A DNA stretch of 64,000 nucleotides, from assembly GCA_963675525.2 (NCBI GenBank), contig CAXXSL010000002.1, positions 1-64,000 of the forward strand. Reading direction: 5' to 3'. Below are positions 8,694 to 18,075 of this stretch, piece after piece (positions within the stretch are counted from its first letter, which is position 1; each line of letters starts with the position of its first letter). The stretch is from Anaerohalosphaeraceae bacterium (GTDB taxonomy: Bacteria > Planctomycetota > Phycisphaerae > Sedimentisphaerales > Anaerohalosphaeraceae). The position numbers and the translations under genes are program-made. The notes beneath the pieces are model-generated. The model was given only the letters and a program-made list of their open reading frames with translations. It searched no databases and was not told the DNA's origin.

Positions 8694-11006
8694 ATGCGGA
8701 GTCAAGACGGAAGCACATTTGATTTTAGAAAACGACTCTGTTTTCTATTTCCACTGTTATGTGTATCGTGGGTTGCGCTGGCCCAAACGTCATCGGCGAC
8801 TTCCCCCGAAACCTCCGAACTCCTCCGGCGGATTGAGGAGCTTGAACAGCAAACACAACGCCTTGAGTTAGAAAAGCAGCAATTGGTTCAACAGCTTCAG
8901 GATGCTCAGGAGGAAAAAACGCAACTGGAGTCAGAGACCTCTTCTTTGGGCTATTTTGAATTATCGCTGGAAGACTTGATGGATGTGGAACTGACCGGTG
9001 GTTTAACCAAGACGACCCGGCGAAAAATGCCGTCGACGATGACGATTGTCGAACAGGAGGACATTCGCCATTCCGGTGCACGGAATCTGCTTGAATTGCT
9101 GGAAATCTATGTGCCGGGTTTCCAATGGAATTATTCATCCATTTTCCCGCGTCATATGGGATTGCGGGGTATCAATGATAGCCGGGATGATAAATATTTG
9201 CTGTTGGTCAATGGCCGGCAGATGAACGAAAAGACCAACTTCGGGGCGTTTACCGAGCGTGATCTGCCGATGCTTGGCGATCTGCAGCGGGTTGAGGTGG
9301 TTCGCGGTCCGGGTTCAGCCCTGTATGGCCCCGGTGCTTTAGCGATGGTCATCAACCTGATTACGGATACGCCTAGAACATTTGAAGGTTCGGAGGTCAA
9401 TTTACGGACGGGCATCGTGGAGGAATACTATTCTACGGAATTCAAATGGGGCAAAATGTTCTCCGAAGATGAAGGGTTGTTCGTCTATGGCGGCGGCACG
9501 ATGTATCCCGGTGCCGATCAGGAGTATTCCAATGTACGTTTCGCTGCACAACGAGCCACGAAGTATGGGACGCCGTATTACATCGATGAATATTTTGACG
9601 GTAGAATGAAAAATTACAATGAAGCTTACCGGGGACTTCCGAAGCTGAAATTTCACGTACATTACCTAAATGACAACCTGGATATCTGGGCCCGCTATAC
9701 GCAGGGGGGCGAATATGTTGAACAGGCTGAATGGGGCGTTCGTGATATTCTTTATGGGATGGGGTATCGTCAGTCCACGATTGCCGCTGAATATAAACAG
9801 GAAATCTCTGATGATTTCAGCTTGAATTACCGTCTGAGTTATGACCGAACGCAGATCGAAACCTCTCCTCACCTTCAAGTTCGATACCTGCAATATCGTG
9901 AAGATAAGTATCAGGCTCGTGTTCAGGCGAACTGGACCCTCAACGATCACCACCTGTTTGCATTTGGCGGTGAATTAAGTTATGACGAATACGGCCTTGA
10001 CGGTGACGGTCAGGACCTGGCGGCGAACTATCGCTTCGATGCTACATTTGGTGATCCGGCTGGGACGGAGATGCCCCGGTGGAATACGAGTATGCGTTCA
10101 TTATTCGGCGAATATCAATGGATTGTTAATGACAAGTGGACGTCATTCGTCAGTGCGCGTCTGGACGATCACACCTACGTTGAACGGTTGTTCTCACCTC
10201 GCTGGGCGCTGGTTTATACGCCGACCGACAGAAGTACATGGAAATTTATGGCCTCTCGTTCATCGCGAACCAACGTTGCCCAGGAAATGAAAATTGATGT
10301 CATGAAAGGCAAAAACAACAGTGATCCTGAAACGCTGCGGGCTTATGAGTTGCGTTACGAGCAACGCCCGACCAAGCAGTGGTCTTGGGCACTGGCCGGT
10401 TTTTGGCATGACCACGATGTTGTAGCCTGGAATTATACGACAGCGAGTACCGGGCCGGTCGGAAACTTTAAATCCTTCGGCCTTGAATTCGAGACCGGTT
10501 ACAAGACGGACAAAAAGAAAGTCCTGTTTTCTCATGCTTTTACCAAACTTGCCAAGGCCAAGCTTGCTGAGGGCGTTAATTCGACGGAGTTAACCGCGGC
10601 TGTGGGGTCGAACAGCAGGGGAACGGATTTTGCGAACTGGAGCAATCATCAGAGCAAGTTGGTTTATGAGGCGCAGTTGGACGATCGATGGCTGTTGACG
10701 AGTTCGGGGATTGTTTACTGGGGTTATCCGGGCGGTGATGACTATGCATGGCAGGTGGACGCCAGCGACTGGGCTCGGTACGACAAAGACGGAGCGGATG
10801 CCTTTTTTGAGCCGAGTATTTTCTGGAACATGGGGCTTGAATGCATGTACAGTGAAAATACCACGCTTCGGTTTGACGCCTATAATATTCTGGGGTGGTT
10901 TGAAAAAGACGCCGGCAAACGTAAGTTTATCTATTCGGCGGCTATTCCGGCCATGTATCGGTGTCAACCGCCGGCGTTCGGTGTTCAGTTGACGCATAAA
11001 TTCTAA
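8694..11006 (+). CDS. TonB-dependent receptor-like outer-membrane protein (plug + barrel) with N-terminal coiled coil
   Basis: Signal peptide, LSLEDLMDVE, LLLVNGR, RVEVVRGPGSALYGPGA plug signature, C-terminal Phe. Confidence 0.85.
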   Translation: MRSQDGSTFDFRKRLCFLFPLLCVSWVALAQTSSATSPETSELLRRIEELEQQTQRLELEKQQLVQQLQDAQEEKTQLESETSSLGYFELSLEDLMDVELTGGLTKTTRRKMPSTMTIVEQEDIRHSGARNLLELLEIYVPGFQWNYSSIFPRHMGLRGINDSRDDKYLLLVNGRQMNEKTNFGAFTERDLPMLGDLQRVEVVRGPGSALYGPGALAMVINLITDTPRTFEGSEVNLRTGIVEEYYSTEFKWGKMFSEDEGLFVYGGGTMYPGADQEYSNVRFAAQRATKYGTPYYIDEYFDGRMKNYNEAYRGLPKLKFHVHYLNDNLDIWARYTQGGEYVEQAEWGVRDILYGMGYRQSTIAAEYKQEISDDFSLNYRLSYDRTQIETSPHLQVRYLQYREDKYQARVQANWTLNDHHLFAFGGELSYDEYGLDGDGQDLAANYRFDATFGDPAGTEMPRWNTSMRSLFGEYQWIVNDKWTSFVSARLDDHTYVERLFSPRWALVYTPTDRSTWKFMASRSSRTNVAQEMKIDVMKGKNNSDPETLRAYELRYEQRPTKQWSWALAGFWHDHDVVAWNYTTASTGPVGNFKSFGLEFETGYKTDKKKVLFSHAFTKLAKAKLAEGVNSTELTAAVGSNSRGTDFANWSNHQSKLVYEAQLDDRWLLTSSGIVYWGYPGGDDYAWQVDASDWARYDKDGADAFFEPSIFWNMGLECMYSENTTLRFDAYNILGWFEKDAGKRKFIYSAAIPAMYRCQPPAFGVQLTHKF

Positions 11007-11027
11007 ATTAGACCACACGATTTTCCA

Positions 11028-11064
11028 AAGGCCGGATTGCTTCGTGTGATCCGGCCTTTTTTTA
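11028..11064. terminator. Rho-independent terminator between the convergent TBDR and rluD genes
   Basis: AAGGCCGGAT...ATCCGGCCTT stem followed by a T run. Confidence 0.75.
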
Positions 11065-11073
11065 TTGCGCTGT

Positions 11074-12162
11074 TTACGATGTTGCCCGGTATTGCCGCAG
11101 GTTGTCGAGGAGGTTTTGCATATCGTCCGGCAGGGGGGCTTCGAACGCCATACGTTCGTTGGTGGCGGGGTGGGTAATTTCCAGTTTCCATGCATGCAGG
11201 GCGCAGCGGGCCATCAGGGGTTCTTCGGGGGCGGCGTCTCTGTCTTCGATCTGCCAGGGATAGACGACTTTACCGCCGTACATGTCATCGGCGACAATCG
11301 GGTGTTTCAAATAGGACAGATGCACACGAATCTGGTGTGTTCGACCGGTCTTAAGATCGAGCTGCAGGAGCGAATAGCCGCGAAATGCCTCGAGCACTTC
11401 GTAGAAGGTGACCGATTCTTTGCCGATATCGTGACGGATGGCGTATTTCTCTCGTTTTGTCGGATGAACGCCCAGCGGCAGATTGATCACATCGGCGTCC
11501 AGTTCCGGGGTACCGTGCGCGATGGCGATATAGGTTTTTTTCGTGGTACGGTCGGCAAACTGGCGGGACAGTTTCCAGTGGGATGTATCATCTTTGGCGA
11601 CAACCAGACAGCCGGTTGTATTGCGGTCCAACCGATGGACGATGCCGGGGCGAAAGTCTTCCGCACAGGCGGACAGTTTCTGGAAATGATAGACCAATCC
11701 ATTGACGAGTGTGCCGTGTTTGTACCCACGGGCAGGGTGGACGATCAGATTGGATTGTTTGTTGATGACGACGATATGCTCGTCCTCATACAGCACGTTA
11801 ACCGGGATGTCTTCCGGGATCAGTTCACGCAGTTGGCGAACAGGAAGGATCAGGTCGATCTGGTCGCCGGGCTGAAGCTTATGGCTGGGCTTGGCAGGTT
11901 GGCCGTTGACATTGACGCCCTGTTCCTTGATGAGCTGCTGGAGCTTGGTCCGGCTGAAACAACTGAATCGTCCGCCGAGATATTTATCCAGCCGATTAAA
12001 TTTGAGATTGTTCCCCACGCGAAAACGCACCTCCTGACCGGCCAGTTCATCGGCCTCGTCAGCGGTCAGCGTTTTGTCCAAGTCGATGATATCCGGCTCA
12101 TCCGAGAGGATTGTTTCAATTACCTCTGTGGCAGGGGGAATTGGTTTTTTGGCTTCAGGCAT
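11074..12162 (-). CDS. rluD: 23S rRNA pseudouridine synthase, RluA/RluD family
   Basis: S4 domain (RLDKYL), VLYEDE, RPGIVHRLDRNTTG, KTGRTHQIRVH, ALHAWKL. Confidence 0.92.
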   Translation of the reverse strand: MPEAKKPIPPATEVIETILSDEPDIIDLDKTLTADEADELAGQEVRFRVGNNLKFNRLDKYLGGRFSCFSRTKLQQLIKEQGVNVNGQPAKPSHKLQPGDQIDLILPVRQLRELIPEDIPVNVLYEDEHIVVINKQSNLIVHPARGYKHGTLVNGLVYHFQKLSACAEDFRPGIVHRLDRNTTGCLVVAKDDTSHWKLSRQFADRTTKKTYIAIAHGTPELDADVINLPLGVHPTKREKYAIRHDIGKESVTFYEVLEAFRGYSLLQLDLKTGRTHQIRVHLSYLKHPIVADDMYGGKVVYPWQIEDRDAAPEEPLMARCALHAWKLEITHPATNERMAFEAPLPDDMQNLLDNLRQYRATS

Positions 12163-12168
12163 ACGCGA

Positions 12169-12990
12169 TTAGTTTTCAGCGTTTTCCGGCGCAGTTTCCG
12201 TGTCCGTCGTTTCGGGCATTTCAGTTACTGCGGCAGGGCTGTCCTGAACAACGGGTGCGGCTTCGATTTGCATCGGTGAGACGACCGCTTCTTCAACGGC
12301 CGATACGGGAGCTGGAACAAATTTGAACGGCTCGGCATTGTCCGCCAGCTCGTCCAGCCGCATTTGGGCCTGTTTCGGGAAGAGGGTGGACGCAAAGCTT
12401 TCATCATTAACGATTTCGGTGTAGATGTCAGATGCCTGTTGTGTCTGGCCCCGCTCTTCGGCGCAAAGCCCCAACCCGAATTTAGCCATGGCTTTCATGG
12501 TCGGGATCACCGCCAGGCCCTCGGCTTTTTCGTAGGCTTCCTGAGCTTTCTGGGTTTGCGTGTCAATGAGTTCTTCGCTGACCACTTCTTTTTTCAAATG
12601 CAGTTCGGTTCGAATGGCCTGTGCGGCTTTAATATAGGCCAGCGCTGCCAGGTTCGGGTTGTCTGTCTGGTCTGTCATCTTCATCAACGCATCGGCACTG
12701 ACCAGAATGGTATCCAGTGCGGGGCTTAACTGGGCCTGATCGTTCTGGTAACCCCCAATCGCTCTTCTGACGTCCTGGCTTAGTAGCTGGATCGATTGAG
12801 CGACCTTGCTTTGTTCAGCGATTGCCTTTTCCCGGCCCATTTTGCTGAACAGCGGCCACGTGATCACGGCAACAAGAATCAGCGTGATGCCGATGATCGT
12901 ATTGAGATTCTTTTTCAGAAACTGCGGAAAATGAGTCAGCAAATCAGCCAATTCATTCGTTTTTAATTCATGGCGGTGTTCAGAATCCAT
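12169..12990 (-). CDS. Membrane-anchored TPR protein (YfgM-like)
   Basis: MDSEHRHELKTNELAD N-terminus, single TM helix, TPR-like helices. Confidence 0.7.
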   Translation of the reverse strand: MDSEHRHELKTNELADLLTHFPQFLKKNLNTIIGITLILVAVITWPLFSKMGREKAIAEQSKVAQSIQLLSQDVRRAIGGYQNDQAQLSPALDTILVSADALMKMTDQTDNPNLAALAYIKAAQAIRTELHLKKEVVSEELIDTQTQKAQEAYEKAEGLAVIPTMKAMAKFGLGLCAEERGQTQQASDIYTEIVNDESFASTLFPKQAQMRLDELADNAEPFKFVPAPVSAVEEAVVSPMQIEAAPVVQDSPAAVTEMPETTDTETAPENAEN

Positions 12991-13088
12991 TTTTTACCTC
13001 TTTCTATAGTGTTTTATTTTTTACACAAATTCATATTATCCTGAACTACTTGTTGAGTTCGGCACCTTTCTCGGATGATAAAAGAGGC

Positions 13089-13135
13089 ATTATAGAAAAA
13101 TTGCCTTTGACATGCAATAATTGTTTGGCGATACT
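13089..13135. promoter_or_regulatory. Overlapping divergent sigma70 promoters
   Basis: Plus strand: TTGACA (13107-13112), 17 bp, GATACT. Minus strand: TTGCAT (13117-13112), 17 bp, TATAAT (13094-13089). Confidence 0.55.
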
Positions 13136-13186
13136 TAAGATTTAGCCAAAAGAATATAAACCATTAAAAAAACAGGGATCTGCTCT

Positions 13187-14974
13187 ATGAAAAAATGCAG
13201 GCATACATTGTTTTGTCGTTTTGTTTTGGTATTTCTCGCTCTTTTTTATGCAAAACAAGCCATTGCGGCACTGGATGTCACGAAATATATTCCGATTGGT
13301 GAAGTCCGGGCAGATATGGAGGCGTACTGCCTGACGGTTTTTGCCGGGACCCGGATCGAACGGTTTGATCTGAAGGTTCTGAGTGTGATTCGTGGAGTCA
13401 AGCCGGGACAGGATATGATCCTTGTGATTGGGACCGATGAGCGGTTTCAACACGCCGGAACGGTTCACGGATGCAGCGGTTCGCCGGTATTTATCGACGG
13501 GCGACTGGCGGGAGCATTGGCCGCCGGTTGGGACGGTTCATTGGATCCCCTGTATATGGTTCGTCCCATCGAGAACATGCTGCAGGTTGGAAGCGTTGAG
13601 GCAGTTCAGGGCGGCCAACCTAAAACAGTATTTCGCTTTGATTTTTCTCAACCGCTGAATTTGGCCGATATTTATCAACAGTCGATGGATCAGCTTCAGA
13701 CGATGCAGACCGAACAGGGGACGCTGATCCCGTTGAGCAGTTCATTGCCGGCCGGTGCGTGGAAATCGGTAGAAGGGCCGCTGCGTCAGATGGGCTTTGT
13801 TCCTGTTAGCACCCCGGCGGCATTACCGACCGTTGCCGAAGCGACGGAATTGGTTCCCGGCGGTACTCTGGCGGTGGTTCTGTGCGGGGGGGACATTTCT
13901 CTGTCGGCGGTCGGAACGGTGACCGAGGTTATCGGTGACCAGGTTTATGGATTCGGCCACAGTTTCAAAGGGCAGGGTCAGACGAATCTGCCGATAGCGG
14001 CGGGGATCGTTCACACGGTGATAGCAAGCAGGAGTAATTCGTTTAAGCTTTCATCGCCGGGGCCGATTTTGGGGACATTGCAGTTTGATCAGTTTTCGGC
14101 GGTTCGTGGTACGATCGGGGTAATGCCGGAAACGATTCCCTTGACGATTCGTGTCAATCGCGACAACGACCCGGAAACCAGGACATATAACTGCTATCTT
14201 GCCACTGATCGGGTTTATACGCCGATGATACTGCAGATCGCCCTTAACGGCGCGGCACTGCTGCAAGGGCCGCTTCCCTCGGAGCATACGGTACGGTATA
14301 AAGCTGTGGTTCGCGTTAAGGGGCAGGAACCGCTTGTGATTAATAATATTTCTTCCGGTCGAAGCACTGCGGAAATGGAGCGGAATCTCTATTCCGTCGT
14401 TATGACCCTGCTCAATAATCCTTTCGAGAAACTTACGATCGAATCAATCGATGCGGATGTTAACATCGTTTCTGTTGACAGCACAGCGGATATCTGGGCG
14501 GTGGATGTTTCGCAAACCCGCGTCAAGCCGGGCCAGACGATTTCAGCGACCGTGACCCTTAAATCATTTCGGTCAGGAGAGTCAACGGCCAATATTGAAT
14601 TTACGGTTCCGGGAACGGCGGCTCCGGGCAAATACAATCTGCAGATATTGGGCGACAGTGAATATCAGCGTTTTGTAAGCCAAATGACGCCGCAGCGATT
14701 TCAGGCATTTGATCTTGAAACGATGATGCAGGCCTTCGGCCGGATAACCCAATTCCGGAACGATCATCTTCATGCGGTCATGCCGATCGCTTCGTCCGGG
14801 ATTGTTTTTCGTCAGCACGAGTTACCCCAGCTTCCACCGACCAAAATGCTGTTGATGCTGGATTCCAAACGTCTGCAGCCGGCAGAGCCGTACAAGGCGT
14901 GGTCGGAAAACAAAATACAACTCGATAAGATCGTTTCGGGAGCAGCCGAGATCGAAATAATAGTAGAACGATAA
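13187..14974 (+). CDS. Exported SpoIVB-like peptidase S55 domain protein
   Basis: Signal peptide; GCSGSPVFIDGRLAGA (GMSGSP-type serine motif); GTVT..YGFGHSF. Confidence 0.8.
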   Translation: MKKCRHTLFCRFVLVFLALFYAKQAIAALDVTKYIPIGEVRADMEAYCLTVFAGTRIERFDLKVLSVIRGVKPGQDMILVIGTDERFQHAGTVHGCSGSPVFIDGRLAGALAAGWDGSLDPLYMVRPIENMLQVGSVEAVQGGQPKTVFRFDFSQPLNLADIYQQSMDQLQTMQTEQGTLIPLSSSLPAGAWKSVEGPLRQMGFVPVSTPAALPTVAEATELVPGGTLAVVLCGGDISLSAVGTVTEVIGDQVYGFGHSFKGQGQTNLPIAAGIVHTVIASRSNSFKLSSPGPILGTLQFDQFSAVRGTIGVMPETIPLTIRVNRDNDPETRTYNCYLATDRVYTPMILQIALNGAALLQGPLPSEHTVRYKAVVRVKGQEPLVINNISSGRSTAEMERNLYSVVMTLLNNPFEKLTIESIDADVNIVSVDSTADIWAVDVSQTRVKPGQTISATVTLKSFRSGESTANIEFTVPGTAAPGKYNLQILGDSEYQRFVSQMTPQRFQAFDLETMMQAFGRITQFRNDHLHAVMPIASSGIVFRQHELPQLPPTKMLLMLDSKRLQPAEPYKAWSENKIQLDKIVSGAAEIEIIVER

Positions 14975-14996
14975 TTCTTAGACAAGGAACACATGA

Positions 14997-17204
14997 ATGA
15001 AAGCGAAGCCTTATTTAACAGCGGTGTTATGTTTTTCTCTGACGATGGCAGCGATCGGCCCGGCTGTAACCTCGGTCATCACACGTCATAACAGCAGTGG
15101 GGATTTTCTCAAGGGAAAGACTGAGGGTGTTATCATCCGCTCGACAGGGACAATCACGTTGGCGCCAAGAACCGAGACCGTTGAGACGGGCGATTTCCTG
15201 AAAGATGTCTGGTCGATCCACACGATGCTGACCGATGCCGAAGGCGGCGTCTATCTGGGGACGGGGCCGGATGCCAACGTTTTCCGCTATGCTGACGGCG
15301 TAGTAACACAGGTGTATCCTGTTACGGCGACCGGCGATCAGGCGGATGATTCGAGCATGCGCAATCAGCATGTGTTCGCGATGGCCAAAGATCTGGCGGG
15401 GCGTTTACTCATCGGCGTTAGCGGTGAAAAAGGGCAGTTAATTCGGCTGGCAAACGGGCCGGAAGTTGTTTTTGAAGACGAAAAGGTTCAGTATATTTTT
15501 GCGGTGGCGCTGGATGAACAAAATAATATCTATCTTGGAACCGGTCCGAATGGGTTGATTTATCGACTGGATCCGTTTTGCCAGAATGCAGAGCGGGTCT
15601 ATGAGGCGCGTGACAAAAATATTCTTTCGCTATTGGTTAAAGACGGCGTGGTTTATGCGGGCAGTGACCAGCGGGGTCTTATTTATAAGATCGACCCGGA
15701 ACAAAAACGGGCCCAGGTGCTTTTTGATACTGAGCAAAATGAGGTCGCTGATCTGCTGATGGATGCGGACGGTAACCTTTTTGCTGCCGGAACCAATGCG
15801 GCGGCGGCGATGCTGCAGTTAAAGGCTTCAAGGGCCTCATTGAAGCATGCTCCGGGCCGGCCCGACAATGATGAAGAGGGCGATGGTGGTGAAGGCGAAG
15901 AAGAATTGTCTTCGAATACGGCGGGGTCGCTCAATACGGCTAACGGGGATGACAAAACTGACAAGAAGGAACCGACCAAACCTGAGCCGCAAGCCCCCAG
16001 ACCGCCGGCGGCTAAAGTGGCCGGGCATATTTACAAGATCAGTCCGGACGGTTTCGTTACCGATATTTTCGACGAAATGGCCGTGTTTTATTCGCTGCTG
16101 GAGTTTGACGGCAAGTTATGGCTGGGGACCGGCAATAAGGCGCAGCTTTATACGGTCGATCCGGCAACGGAAGAAAAGGCCGTTTATTATGAAGATGAAA
16201 CATCGTCACAAATCACCTCGCTGCTGGCGGTCGGCGATGTGTTATATATGGGCCTGTCCAATCCGGCCCGGCTGGTGCGTCTGGAAAAAGGGACGGTTGC
16301 CGAGGGTGTTTATGAATCCGAATTGATCGATGCGGGGCAACCCGCTCGTTGGGGCAAGCTTCAGCTTGAAGCGGACATTCCAAGCGGCTGCGAAGTTCTT
16401 TTGGCCAGTCGAAGCGGCAATGTCAAGGAGCCGAACGACCCGACCTTTTCGGATTGGTCCGCGGACGCGGTAGTAACACGGGCGACCGATCTGGATTGTT
16501 CGCAAGGACGTTTTTGCCAATATCGGCTGACGCTGAAAAGTGCGAACCGGACATCGTCGCCGGAGATTCGCGAAGTCGCTGCGGCGTTTGTGACCCCGAA
16601 TCTGGCGCCGAAAGTCAAAGCGATCAAGATTCAGCGAAACCGGGATAAAGGTAAGCCGACTATTTATGATATTAGTTTTGCCGCTTTGGATTCCAATAAA
16701 GATTCGCTGGAATTTACGCTGGAGTTCCGCAAGTTGGGTCGTACCGGCTGGATTCTGCTGAAGGAAGAGTTGGATCGCTCGCCGTTTGAGTGGGACAGCC
16801 GAACGGTTGAAGACGGCCGGTACGAAGTTCGTGTAACAGCCAATGACCGTAAAAGCAATACGGTTTCGACAGAGATGACCGGTTCACGCATCAGCGATCC
16901 GGTTGTTATCGATAATACCGCACCTGAAATCCGGGAGTCCGCCGTGAGGGTCGACGGCAATTCGGCACAATTGGTGTTGTTGGTCGAGGATGCTTATACT
17001 GTTGTGGGCAAGGTTGAATACACGGTTGACAGCAACGACAAGTGGATGGGAACCTTGCCGGACGACAAAGTTTATGATACACTGGCCGAAGGCATTACGA
17101 TCCAGATCGACGACTTAACGTCCGGCGAACATGTGATCGCGGTAGCGGTCAGCGACGACCTGGAAAACACACGGTATAAAACGTTTGAGGTGACGATTCC
17201 GTAA
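14997..17204 (+). CDS. Exported beta-propeller protein with C-terminal Ig/FN3-like domains
   Basis: Signal peptide; repeated YLGTGP/IY blades; WDSRTVEDGRYEVRVTAND and IDNTAP motifs. Confidence 0.75.
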   Translation: MKAKPYLTAVLCFSLTMAAIGPAVTSVITRHNSSGDFLKGKTEGVIIRSTGTITLAPRTETVETGDFLKDVWSIHTMLTDAEGGVYLGTGPDANVFRYADGVVTQVYPVTATGDQADDSSMRNQHVFAMAKDLAGRLLIGVSGEKGQLIRLANGPEVVFEDEKVQYIFAVALDEQNNIYLGTGPNGLIYRLDPFCQNAERVYEARDKNILSLLVKDGVVYAGSDQRGLIYKIDPEQKRAQVLFDTEQNEVADLLMDADGNLFAAGTNAAAAMLQLKASRASLKHAPGRPDNDEEGDGGEGEEELSSNTAGSLNTANGDDKTDKKEPTKPEPQAPRPPAAKVAGHIYKISPDGFVTDIFDEMAVFYSLLEFDGKLWLGTGNKAQLYTVDPATEEKAVYYEDETSSQITSLLAVGDVLYMGLSNPARLVRLEKGTVAEGVYESELIDAGQPARWGKLQLEADIPSGCEVLLASRSGNVKEPNDPTFSDWSADAVVTRATDLDCSQGRFCQYRLTLKSANRTSSPEIREVAAAFVTPNLAPKVKAIKIQRNRDKGKPTIYDISFAALDSNKDSLEFTLEFRKLGRTGWILLKEELDRSPFEWDSRTVEDGRYEVRVTANDRKSNTVSTEMTGSRISDPVVIDNTAPEIRESAVRVDGNSAQLVLLVEDAYTVVGKVEYTVDSNDKWMGTLPDDKVYDTLAEGITIQIDDLTSGEHVIAVAVSDDLENTRYKTFEVTIP

Positions 17205-18067
17205 TGCGAACATTCCAGTACATACAAATTGTTGAGCCTGTAAAGCAGCTCTGTATTGAGTGCGGGTATGAACTGCCTGTTGATGTTTTAGCCGCGTTGC
17301 AGAATGCCGAGAAGACGGAAAGCAACCCGCGCGCCAAACGCATTCTGGGGCAATTGATCGAAAACGCACGAATTGCCAACACCGAGCGCATTCCGCTGTG
17401 TCAGGATACGGGGCTGGCGGTAGTGTTTGTCGAGCAGGGGGCCAATACGGTAATCGCTTCGCCGACGGAAAACCCGGCCGCGACGATTATTGATGCCATT
17501 CAGGACGGGATTGCCGCGGGGTATGAAATGGGCCTGCTGCGAAAAAGCGTGGTGGCCGAGCCGCTCAATGAACGGAGGAATACGCAGACCAACACCCCGG
17601 CGATCATTCATCATGCAGTGGTGCCGGGGTCGGGTATTAAGATATCCATCATGACCAAGGGTGGCGGCTGTGAGAACAAAAGTCAGTTCAAAATGTTCAA
17701 CCCTACGGATTCCAAAGAGAGCGTGATGCACTGGGTTGTGGAGGTTGTCAAGAATGCCGGAGCGAATGCCTGCCCGCCGTTTGTAGTAGGCGTCGGGATA
17801 GGCGGCGATTTTGAACTGTCGTGTCTGCTGAGCAAAAAATCACTGCTGCGCGATATGGATGAATCCAACGCTGACCCGTTTTATAAAGACATGGAAGATA
17901 AACTGCTGGCGGCGGTCAATGCCACCGGCGTCGGACCACAGGGCCTCGGCGGTGACACTACGGCGCTGAAGGTCTGCATTGAAACCGCCCCGTGCCACAT
18001 TGCCTCGCTGCCGGTTGCCGTCAACATCGAATGCCACAGCCACCGGCACAAAAGCGTGGTTCTTTGA
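17204..18067 (+). CDS. Class I fumarate hydratase / L-tartrate dehydratase, Fe-S alpha subunit
   Basis: PLCQDTG, KGGGCEN, NACPP..VGVGIGG, GPQGLGGDTT, PCHIASLPVAVNIECH. Confidence 0.9.
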   Translation: MRTFQYIQIVEPVKQLCIECGYELPVDVLAALQNAEKTESNPRAKRILGQLIENARIANTERIPLCQDTGLAVVFVEQGANTVIASPTENPAATIIDAIQDGIAAGYEMGLLRKSVVAEPLNERRNTQTNTPAIIHHAVVPGSGIKISIMTKGGGCENKSQFKMFNPTDSKESVMHWVVEVVKNAGANACPPFVVGVGIGGDFELSCLLSKKSLLRDMDESNADPFYKDMEDKLLAAVNATGVGPQGLGGDTTALKVCIETAPCHIASLPVAVNIECHSHRHKSVVL

Positions 18068-18075
18068 ACCAGTCC

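Noticed and set aside
11065..12279. 404-aa plus-strand ORF
   Set aside because: Antisense shadow of rluD with no recognisable motifs
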